DNA from: Candidatus Nanosynbacter lyticus
Lineage (GTDB): Bacteria > Patescibacteriota > Saccharimonadia > Saccharimonadales > Saccharimonadaceae
Direction: 5' to 3'
Length of the DNA stretch: 32,000 nucleotides
Assembly: GCF_000803625.1 (NCBI RefSeq)
Contig: NZ_CP007496.1
Coordinates: 420,001 to 452,000 of the forward strand
Part shown: piece after piece, positions 25,001 to 32,000 of the stretch
How the letters are laid out: each line of letters begins with the position of its first letter
Numbering within the stretch: position 1 is the first letter of the stretch
Notes under the pieces: model-generated
The model's database searches: none
Told to the model about the DNA's origin: nothing
What the model saw: only the letters and a program-made list of their open reading frames with translations
Program-made: the position numbers and the translations under genes

Positions 25001-25818
25001 ATAATATCCCGTGGGTCAGTTAAATGCAGCTCAAAATCCTTCAGACTCATCCGCTTTTCGTCACTTAGATACGAACCGGTACCGACACATAGCAAAATTT
25101 CGTGCGCGTCTTGATGATCATGCGTCAAGTAGTGCCCGTCGCAAGTCACCACCATCTCGATATCCAGCTCCTTCGATAGCTTAATCAAGCCCTCATTGAT
25201 TTTTGCCTGGACGTCCCAGCGCGTATTTGATTTTGGATGGCCGTGATCTTGCAACTCGAGATAATACCTATCACCAAAGACTGACTTGTACCATTTGGCA
25301 ATATCTCGCGCTCGATCATAATCATCATCTCTAAGCGCCACACCAATTTCACCACTGGCGCAACCGCTCAGTACAATTAAACCCTCGTTCAACTCTTCTA
25401 ATAAATCATGATCAGTCCGCGGCTTATAGTACATTCCCTCCAAGTTGGCTTGCGTAGACAACTTCATTAGATTATGAAAGCCGGTGTTGTTCATCGCTAA
25501 CACCGTCAAGTGAAAGCGCTGCTTGTCCTTGGCTGGGTCGCGGTCAAAGCGTGAACGTGCCGCTACGTATGTCTCAATACCGAGGATCGGTTTAATACCG
25601 GCTTTTTTGGCGGTCTTATAATAGTCAAGGATGCCACTCATCGTACCGTGGTCAGTTACCGCCGCCGCCTCCATCCCAAACTCTTTGACTTTATCAACCA
25701 AATCATTGATTTTAGTCAAGCCATCCAGCACCGAATGAAAGGTGTGATTATGCAGGTGTACGAAATCAGACGGCTTCAAAGCCGCCGGCGAAGATTGTCC
25801 GCTATTTCCCCCAGTCAT
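22081..25818 (-). CDS. dnaE: DNA polymerase III alpha subunit
   Basis: N-terminal PHP domain ([15 protein letters not shown]...TDHGTMSG), a pol IIIalpha core ([31 protein letters not shown]), an HhH region and an OB fold. 1245 aa. TGcTATAAT lies 8 nt upstream of the ATG. Confidence 0.95.
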   Translation of the reverse strand: [1245 protein letters not shown]

Positions 25819-25837
25819 TACTAATGATTATAGCATG

Positions 25838-26137
25838 TTATTGACGGTGCTGCATCGTCTCAATCAGATGATTGATAAAATCAGCCAGCGGCGGAAAAAT
25901 ATCCGCAAATTGTCCCAGTAACCAGATTAACAATGTGATTAACAATGTCGCACCCAGCGCACTACCGACACCAAAGAAAATTCCACGAATAAAATTCATC
26001 CAATAGACTTGGCGCCGCGAACGATGAAAATCAAAAAATAAATCCTCTAAAATCGCCTGTCTAGCACCGTTTTCATTATCACGAATAACTTTTCGTGATA
26101 ATTTATCTGGTTGTTTTTTGGCTGTTTTTTCTGCCAT
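25838..26137 (-). CDS. small hypothetical membrane protein (99 aa)
   Basis: A basic N-terminus is followed by FIRGIFFGVGSALGATLLITLLIWLL. An SD-like AAAGGAC lies 5 nt before the ATG at 26137. I recall similar small proteins in candidate-phyla genomes, but this is unverified. Confidence 0.6.
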   Translation of the reverse strand: MAEKTAKKQPDKLSRKVIRDNENGARQAILEDLFFDFHRSRRQVYWMNFIRGIFFGVGSALGATLLITLLIWLLGQFADIFPPLADFINHLIETMQHRQ

Positions 26138-26390
26138 TATTTGTCCTTTTCTTAGTAAAATACTTCGCTAAAAATCCACCCTTTGAGGTTAATCTTTTAG
26201 CCAGCCCAGCACCAATCGAAACAGCACTGACAATTCCACTAAAATCAGAAACTCTCTTGGTAATTGTTTCTACTGCCTGCTGAGTTTGGCGAATCTGGTG
26301 CGTTAATTTAATAATAGAAATCACCATAGCAACCAACATGATAATAAATATCACCATGAGAATTACCAATACTACAAGTAGTCCGTTCAT
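26103..26390 (-). CDS. small hypothetical membrane-anchored protein (95 aa)
   Basis: It has an N-terminal TM helix (LLVVLVILMVIFIIMLVAMVISII) and a basic tail. Its 3' end overlaps the next gene by 35 nt in another frame. Confidence 0.5.
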   Translation of the reverse strand: MNGLLVVLVILMVIFIIMLVAMVISIIKLTHQIRQTQQAVETITKRVSDFSGIVSAVSIGAGLAKRLTSKGGFLAKYFTKKRTNNGRKNSQKTTR

Positions 26391-26405
26391 GCTTTTTATT
26401 ATACA

Positions 26406-27299
26406 TTATTTTAAGCGATTGGTCAGATGGGCGCGTAGCTTGTCGCCAAAGTTAGGATCGCGCAACCCAAAATCAATCACTGTCTTCAGGTACTCTAATT
26501 TATCACCGGTGTCGTAGTACGTACCGTTGGTAATCTCCACGCCATAAAAATCAAACCCATCATCAATCATCTCCTGCATAATCGGCTGGATGGTGAATTC
26601 GCCATGACCATCAAACTGGTCTTTGGCTTTATCCAAATAGCCAAAAATCTCACCAGGCAGCAAATAGCTACTGACACTCGCTAGGTCAGACGGCGCATTG
26701 GTTTTTCCAGGCTTCTCGACGATATTAGTCATTTTTATAACACCATCGTTAATTTGCTGGCCATTAACGATGCCATAACGATCAAACTCTGAATCATCGG
26801 TAATTTTCTTACATGACAACACTGCGCCCTGAAGATTTTCTGACGCCTCGATCATCTGCCGGAAACGACTTGGATTAGCCGTTATAAAGTCATCGGCAAA
26901 AGTATAAATCACCGGTTCATCGTGGCGAATTAAATGCGAGGCGCAAGCCAGCGGCGTTGCATTGCCGTAAGGACCTTTCTGGCGGATATAAACGAAGTTA
27001 GCCATCTCAGACAAACGCTGTACAGTATCAATCAGCGGCTGCTTTTTAGCGCCACCAGCGCGCAAGTTAGCTAGCAGCTCTTCGTTCGGCGCGTCAAAAT
27101 GATCTTCAATCGCTCGCTTATTGGCACTACCAATGATAATAATATCTTTGATGCCTGCTTCAACTAATTCCTCGACGACATACTGGATGATTGGCTTATC
27201 AATCAGCGGCAGCATTTCTTTGGGCATAGCTTTGGTCTGAGGCAAAAATCGCGTACCAAAACCAGCAGCGGCGATGATAGCTTTGGTTGGTTTTTTCAT
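26406..27299 (-). CDS. galU: UTP--glucose-1-phosphate uridylyltransferase
   Basis: AIIAAAGFGTRFLPQTKAMPKEMLPLIDKPIIQYVVEELVEAGI is the canonical GalU N-terminus. The ATG is preceded by an AGGAG SD. Confidence 0.9.
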   Translation of the reverse strand: MKKPTKAIIAAAGFGTRFLPQTKAMPKEMLPLIDKPIIQYVVEELVEAGIKDIIIIGSANKRAIEDHFDAPNEELLANLRAGGAKKQPLIDTVQRLSEMANFVYIRQKGPYGNATPLACASHLIRHDEPVIYTFADDFITANPSRFRQMIEASENLQGAVLSCKKITDDSEFDRYGIVNGQQINDGVIKMTNIVEKPGKTNAPSDLASVSSYLLPGEIFGYLDKAKDQFDGHGEFTIQPIMQEMIDDGFDFYGVEITNGTYYDTGDKLEYLKTVIDFGLRDPNFGDKLRAHLTNRLK

Positions 27300-27340
27300 A
27301 CTTTAACTCCTATCCTGTCCTATTCCTGAAGAATTAAATC

Positions 27341-28804
27341 CTATAATTTTTCGCGAATCAATTTCTGCGCCAGGCTCGGATTAGCCTGACCTTTAGAACG
27401 CTTCATGACTTGACCAACTAGGTAACCAATGGCCTTATCTTTACCGGCTTTAATGTCAGCAATGGAAGCTCCCGAGGCTGGGTCGCTGAGTACTTCGTCG
27501 ACGATGGCGGCAATGGCGCCTTCGTCAGATACCTGCAGCAAGTTCTTTTCTTCGGCAAGCTTGCGCGGATGTATGGCACCCGCCAATAATTCATTAAACA
27601 ATTCCTTGGCATTGGTACTGGAAATCTCCGCCTTCTCGGTCATCTCCGCCAGCTCCACCAAATCCTCAACTGATACGCGCGGCGCACTAGCATCAACTGA
27701 CGTACTGTCATTATTGGTGTCATTATCGCCAGCGGTCAAAGCACTAGCAAACCAGTGTGCCACTCGCTTAGCAGACGCGTCACCTGATTTCTCTTGAACT
27801 TCCAGCATGATACGGGCGTAATTTTGGTTCGATAGCAGCGAATTAACCACTGATTTATCCAAGCCTAGTCCGCTCCATTTTTCACGATATTCACCCGGCA
27901 ACATCGGTACTTCAGCCTGAATTCGCGCAATTTCCTCATCGCTCAGCACCACTGGCGGAATGTCAGCATCAGGCATGTAGCGATAATCCTGGGCGTCCTC
28001 TTTTGAACGCTGCGAAGTGGTAATTTGTTTATCATCACTCCAGCCGCGGGTCTCCTGCACCACCGACTCACCACTTTCCAGCAGGTCAACTTGACGTTTG
28101 AATTCGTATTCAGCGGCACGCTCGACGCTGCGAAACGAATTGAGATTTTTGACTTCCGCGCGCTTACCGAGCTCAGTCGCGCCTTTCTTAGCCACCGAAA
28201 TATTAACGTCAAAGCGCATGTTACCATGATACAAATCACCGTGCGTCACGCCAGCATAAACCATTAATTTGTGCAGCTCCGAAGCGTAGGCTTTGGCCTC
28301 CTCGGCAGAATGAATATCCGGCTCAGAAACAATTTCGATCAGCGGCGTACCAGCACGGTTGAGGTCGACCAACGAGTACCCATCGTGATGAGTCAACTTG
28401 CCAGCGTCTTCCTCCATGTGCGCGTGATGAATCCGTACTCGTTTGAGCGAGCCATCCTCCAGCGGCGCATCGACATAGCCAGCCAAAATGATCGGCTGGT
28501 ACATCTGTGAGGTCTGATAGCCCTTTGGCAGGTCAGGATAGAAATAATGTTTGCGATCAAATCGGCTAACGCGAGCAATCGGCGCATTCAACGCTTTACC
28601 GGCGCGCACCGCCAGTTCGACAGCGTGCTTGTTGAGCACTGGTAGCATTCCTGGCAGACCGAAGTCGATTTGGTGCGTTTTTTCGTTTGGCTCGGCGTCG
28701 CGGGCGTCGTTGTCAGCCGGGCTGAACAATTTGGTCTTGGTCGCCAGCTGGACGTGGCATTCGATACCAATAGTCATTTCATATTCATCATATACACTCA
28801 TCAT
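27341..28804 (-). CDS. gatB: Asp/Glu-tRNA amidotransferase subunit B
   Basis: YEMTIGIECHVQLATKTKLFS, HHAHMEEDAGK, DLNRAGTPLIEIVSEPD, and a C-terminal GatB/YqeY domain (GKDKAIGYLVGQVMK). Confidence 0.95.
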   Translation of the reverse strand: MMSVYDEYEMTIGIECHVQLATKTKLFSPADNDARDAEPNEKTHQIDFGLPGMLPVLNKHAVELAVRAGKALNAPIARVSRFDRKHYFYPDLPKGYQTSQMYQPIILAGYVDAPLEDGSLKRVRIHHAHMEEDAGKLTHHDGYSLVDLNRAGTPLIEIVSEPDIHSAEEAKAYASELHKLMVYAGVTHGDLYHGNMRFDVNISVAKKGATELGKRAEVKNLNSFRSVERAAEYEFKRQVDLLESGESVVQETRGWSDDKQITTSQRSKEDAQDYRYMPDADIPPVVLSDEEIARIQAEVPMLPGEYREKWSGLGLDKSVVNSLLSNQNYARIMLEVQEKSGDASAKRVAHWFASALTAGDNDTNNDSTSVDASAPRVSVEDLVELAEMTEKAEISSTNAKELFNELLAGAIHPRKLAEEKNLLQVSDEGAIAAIVDEVLSDPASGASIADIKAGKDKAIGYLVGQVMKRSKGQANPSLAQKLIREKL

Positions 28805-29220
28805 AACGCTCCCAAATCTTTTAGTGCTTGTTCAAAGCTTGTCATGGCTCGTCGAAAACTCTGCGCGGTTAGTTTCACGTTGGTTTCGTGGGCAATTTGA
28901 TTGCGCAATTTGTGTGCCGCCCACAAGCCATTTTCATCCGTCCAATCACCCTTGCGAGCTTTCAGTCTGTCGCCCATCGTCGTACCCGCCACGCCAGATT
29001 CACGCATGGCTTTGTCTAGTAGTTTGTCGGCTTTGACAATTGCCATTTGCAGGCTATCCGCGTTACCCGCCTTAGCGCCGCGCTGAATTGCCCGCCAAAC
29101 TTTTCGGTACATTTCCCTGTCGAGTTTTTGATGTCCGCGTGATGTTAATTGGATAAAAATAATCAACAAAGCACCAATCACCAGCGCCGCTACCACCAGC
29201 GCAATCAACAATCCATCCAT
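28801..29220 (-). CDS. membrane-anchored hypothetical protein with a HEPN/DUF4145-like helical domain (RNxxxH motif)
   Basis: N-terminal TM helix (LLIALVVAALVIGALLIIFI). The helical domain contains AAHKLRNQIAHE, with R106 to H111 encoded at 28888-28905. Its start overlaps the gatA stop (TGATG) and its stop overlaps the gatB start (ATGA). Confidence 0.6.
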   Translation of the reverse strand: MDGLLIALVVAALVIGALLIIFIQLTSRGHQKLDREMYRKVWRAIQRGAKAGNADSLQMAIVKADKLLDKAMRESGVAGTTMGDRLKARKGDWTDENGLWAAHKLRNQIAHETNVKLTAQSFRRAMTSFEQALKDLGAL

Positions 29221-30590
29221 CAGGCAGCCTCCACTTCTGACGCCAACTTCAGCAAGTTGCTGTCTGACTGGCGGTCACCAATCAGCTGCACGCCAATTGG
29301 CAAGCCTTCATCGTTACTTCCAGCTGGCACGGAAATTGCCGGCAGCCCCGCCAGGCTGGCTGGCACCGTCATGATATCCGCTAGGTACATCTTGATTGGA
29401 TCATTGGTATTTTCGCCAAGTTTGAACGCCGGTGTTGGTGCAACTGGCATCAACAGTGCGTCGTACTCAGCAAACAACTGTTTGAACTCATTGATAAGCA
29501 GCGTGCGCGCTTTTTGTGCCTGCATATAGTAAGCGTCAAAGAAACCGCTCGACAACACAAAACTACCGATCATAATTCGCCGTTTATTCTCCATCGTAAA
29601 ACCTTCGTTGCGGCTGCGACCATACAATTCCGCCAGCGTTTTCACTTCAGCCGCCCGGTGGCCATAACGCACGCCATCATAGCGCGCCAAGTTTGACGAT
29701 ATCTCCGCTGGTACAATGATGTAATACATGGCCAGCGAATGCTGCATCATGCTGAGGTCCACTTCTTCAACATCATAACCCAGCCGCTTCAATTTCCCAG
29801 CATAATCAAGCGTTGTTTGGCGAACTGCCGCGTCCACGCTATCAGTCATACACTGCTTCACCAAACCAATCTTCTTCTTAGTAAAGCCTGGCTGACTCTG
29901 CCAAAAGTCCGGTAGCGTGGTCATATCCTTGTCGTCACGGCCCGCCATGATTTCCATCACCAAATTAGCGTCATCAGCATTCCTCGCGAAACAACCAATA
30001 GTGTCGGTGCTCGAGGCCATAGCTACTACGCCGTAGCGACTGACTGCACCGTAAGTTGACTTAACACCGACTACGCCGTTAAAGCTGGCAGGCTGACGAA
30101 TCGAACCGCCAGTGTCTGTACCCAGCGCAAACGGCACCACATCAAGCGCTGTCACTACCGCCGAACCACCCGATGAACCGCCAGCTACGCGAGTTTTGTC
30201 CGCAGCGTTTTTGGTCGGACCAAAGGCCGAGTTTTCTGTCGAACCGCCATGGGCAAAGGCGTCCAAGTTGGCCTTGCCGATGCAGATTGCGCCTTCAGCC
30301 TCCAACTTCTCAACGGCTGTGGCTTGCAGTGGCGCGTTAAAATTCTCGAGCATTTTTGCGGCAGCAGTTGTCGGCGCCCCAAAGGCCAAAAAATTGTCTT
30401 TCACAACAAATGGCACGCCGGACAGCCGCCCAGAAACTTCGCCCTTATCCACCAGCTCGGCTCGCTCCAACGCCCGCTCTTCCGTTAAACTGAGTAGTGC
30501 ATGATATTCTTCAATCTCGCGCGCTCGTCGCAACGCCTCTTTGACATTTTCGACTGCACTCTTTCCGGTAAAATCACTAATCCGACTCAT
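29220..30590 (-). CDS. gatA: Glu-tRNA(Gln) amidotransferase subunit A
   Basis: Amidase signature (GGSSGGSAVVTA, GTDTGGSIRQPASFNGVVGVK), with PFVVKDN near the N-terminus. Confidence 0.95.
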   Translation of the reverse strand: MSRISDFTGKSAVENVKEALRRAREIEEYHALLSLTEERALERAELVDKGEVSGRLSGVPFVVKDNFLAFGAPTTAAAKMLENFNAPLQATAVEKLEAEGAICIGKANLDAFAHGGSTENSAFGPTKNAADKTRVAGGSSGGSAVVTALDVVPFALGTDTGGSIRQPASFNGVVGVKSTYGAVSRYGVVAMASSTDTIGCFARNADDANLVMEIMAGRDDKDMTTLPDFWQSQPGFTKKKIGLVKQCMTDSVDAAVRQTTLDYAGKLKRLGYDVEEVDLSMMQHSLAMYYIIVPAEISSNLARYDGVRYGHRAAEVKTLAELYGRSRNEGFTMENKRRIMIGSFVLSSGFFDAYYMQAQKARTLLINEFKQLFAEYDALLMPVAPTPAFKLGENTNDPIKMYLADIMTVPASLAGLPAISVPAGSNDEGLPIGVQLIGDRQSDSNLLKLASEVEAA

Positions 30591-30877
30591 TACAATACCT
30601 GCGGCACTTTCACTTGATTGTTCTGTTTTTCAGGCGCCAGCTCAAGTAACTCGTCTCGAGAAATCCCTGACTGAACCTCATCTTCACGCCAGACATTTTC
30701 TAGACCCGTCACTTGATAAGTTGACTCCACACCAGACGTATCGAGCTCGCCCAGCTGCTCAATATAGCCAATTATATTTTCCAAATCCTGGCGTAGTCCA
30801 TCAACTTCATCATCGGCCAATGCCAGACTACTTAAACTCGCCAAGTGCTGAATATCACTGGTAGAAATATTTGTCAT
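30590..30877 (-). CDS. gatC: Asp/Glu-tRNA amidotransferase subunit C
   Basis: 95 aa. The sequence IQHLASLSSLALADDEVDGLRQDLENIIGYIEQLGELDT is typical of GatC. Its stop overlaps the gatA start by 1 nt. Confidence 0.88.
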   Translation of the reverse strand: MTNISTSDIQHLASLSSLALADDEVDGLRQDLENIIGYIEQLGELDTSGVESTYQVTGLENVWREDEVQSGISRDELLELAPEKQNNQVKVPQVL

Positions 30878-30883
30878 ATCAAT

Positions 30884-30892
30884 ATTATACCA
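30884..30892 (-). promoter_or_regulatory. extended -10 promoter of gatC; predicts a leaderless mRNA
   Basis: The minus strand reads TGgTATAAT, then attgat (6 nt), then the ATG at 30877. Confidence 0.5.
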
Positions 30893-30894
30893 CT

Positions 30895-30927
30895 AAAAAA
30901 AGTCGCCCATCAAAGTGAGCGACTTTT
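30895..30927 (-). terminator. rho-independent terminator of the 278-aa membrane protein gene
   Basis: The minus-strand RNA reads AGUCGCUCA-CUUUGA-UGGGCGACU (9-bp stem with one G-U pair), followed by UUUUUUU. Confidence 0.65.
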
Positions 30928-30938
30928 ATCATTATAAC

Positions 30939-31775
30939 TTAGTTATATTGCTTTAATTTTAAAGATTCGCGATATTTTTTAAGCTGAGACTCGTAGTCAG
31001 ATGGGATATCCTGCCCCTGCCGTGTTGATCTGCCAGTAGAAGAACCGCCCTTATCATGAACTTTAACGGCGATAGTGATAGCGCCAGTCAGCAAGACTAC
31101 AACAGAAACTGCAATGAGTACCAAAGACATAATCTTTGATTTGTTTCGGCCCTGAATGATCTGATAAATAAAGTAGCTAGTCGCAACCACTACTGCAAGA
31201 GCCAGCGCATAAGGCAAGAACTCACTCAGATACAGGCTCTTGTAAACTTCTCCACCGGCTGCACCGATAAATAACAATGAGCTAATAAGGATACTCACCA
31301 AGCGTGCAATCAAATCAACAGCTGGAATAATTAAAGCAGCCAATCCGCCATAAGTCACCAATTTGTAAGCCGTGCGGTTTGTATAACCCTCACGATCTGA
31401 CACCGCCTTTGATACGCGAGAAAATAGAACACAAGCTAGAATAGCTAAGACAACTGTAAACACTGACGCTGCGACAATTCCAGTTCCTGCCGTCACCATT
31501 GTTGGAGCCAAGAATCCACCGACGGTCCTTATTGCACCTGAAGTCGTATCCGACCAAAGACCAACTACACTTGTAATTACGTTAATCAATAAGAATGCTG
31601 AAACGACTGTCGAAGCCATTGCCAAAGCGTATTCTAACGTAAGAAGTTTTGCCTTACCTTTATTTGGGTCAGCATACACGTATTGCTGTGGGTATGCTGG
31701 ATAGCCTACTGGCTGCTGCACCGGCATTTCTGGTTGCGCAACGGCTGATGGCTGTGGTTGTTGTTTTGTTGCCAT
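30939..31775 (-). CDS. hypothetical polytopic membrane protein (278 aa) with a Pro/Gln-rich N-terminus
   Basis: About 6 TM helices. The N-terminus is QQPQPSAVAQPEMPVQQPVGYPAYPQQ. A strong SD (AGGAGG) lies 4 nt before the ATG. Confidence 0.7.
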   Translation of the reverse strand: MATKQQPQPSAVAQPEMPVQQPVGYPAYPQQYVYADPNKGKAKLLTLEYALAMASTVVSAFLLINVITSVVGLWSDTTSGAIRTVGGFLAPTMVTAGTGIVAASVFTVVLAILACVLFSRVSKAVSDREGYTNRTAYKLVTYGGLAALIIPAVDLIARLVSILISSLLFIGAAGGEVYKSLYLSEFLPYALALAVVVATSYFIYQIIQGRNKSKIMSLVLIAVSVVVLLTGAITIAVKVHDKGGSSTGRSTRQGQDIPSDYESQLKKYRESLKLKQYN

Positions 31776-31805
31776 ATTACCTCCTAATCTAATAATAATT
31801 CTATT

Positions 31806-32000
31806 CTACATGGTCTGGCGAATTTCTGCAATCAAATCACGCAGCTCCGCCGCTTTTTCAAACTCCAAGTTAGCACTATGCAGTTCCATTTGACCAGTCA
31901 GCTCCTTGATCAGCGTCGGATATTCGTCCTTTGGAATTTTCTTCAAATCAAGCTTTGGCTTTTTGTCCGATTCTTTTTGCGGAATGATGGAACGCAGACC
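31806..32000 (-). CDS. uvrB: excinuclease ABC subunit B, C-terminal end; the gene starts beyond the window end
   Basis: It is not in the ORF track because it is truncated by the window edge. The reverse-strand translation GLRSIIPQKESDKKPKLDLKKIPKDEYPTLIKELTGQMELHSANLEFEKAAELRDLIAEIRQTM* is a UVR domain at the extreme C-terminus, as in UvrB. Confidence 0.75.
   Translation of the reverse strand, partial: GLRSIIPQKESDKKPKLDLKKIPKDEYPTLIKELTGQMELHSANLEFEKAAELRDLIAEIRQTM

Noticed and set aside
1-32000. I looked for tRNA or rRNA genes, CRISPR arrays, IS elements, integrases and prophage genes.
   Set aside because: The intergenic regions are at most 163 nt and show no tRNA-like T-arm or anticodon architecture. 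I saw no regularly spaced repeats and no transposase- or integrase-like ORF in any frame.

Overview
This is a compact, almost fully coding 32-kb window that uses the standard genetic code (TAA, TAG and TGA all terminate conserved genes). Gene content and protein sequences look like a reduced-genome, Gram-positive-type lineage. My best guess is Saccharibacteria/TM7 (Patescibacteria), but that is an inference from memory, not a search. Recognisable genes are tyrS (partial), a class A PBP, a yacL-like PIN/TRAM gene, radA, clpC, nusA, a GNAT acetyltransferase, a secreted DUF1524/HNH-type nuclease, pepN, rnhB fused to yraN, rplS, a short malic enzyme, a pilB-like ATPase, a SpoU/TrmH methyltransferase, dnaE, galU, gatC-gatA-X-gatB and uvrB (partial). 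I saw no rRNA, tRNA, CRISPR array, transposase or integrase. The points most worth a second look are these. (1) A 139-aa membrane-anchored protein with an RNxxxH (HEPN-like) motif is translationally coupled between gatA and gatB. (2) At least ten genes have a -10 box, often TGnTATAAT, ending exactly 6 nt before the start codon, which predicts leaderless mRNAs. One palindromic ATTATAAT serves two divergent genes whose starts are 20 nt apart. (3) Two low-GC ORFans (219 aa and 512 aa) each have their own promoter. The 219-aa gene is flanked by a 12-nt direct repeat, and the 512-aa gene lies next to an orphan pilB. (4) RNase HII and YraN are fused into one protein. (5) A membrane HExxH/coiled-coil protein is inserted in the conserved clpC-radA-yacL block. 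(6) A 15-bp perfect inverted repeat contains the stop codons of two convergent genes. All functional calls come from motif recognition by eye, and no database search was run.
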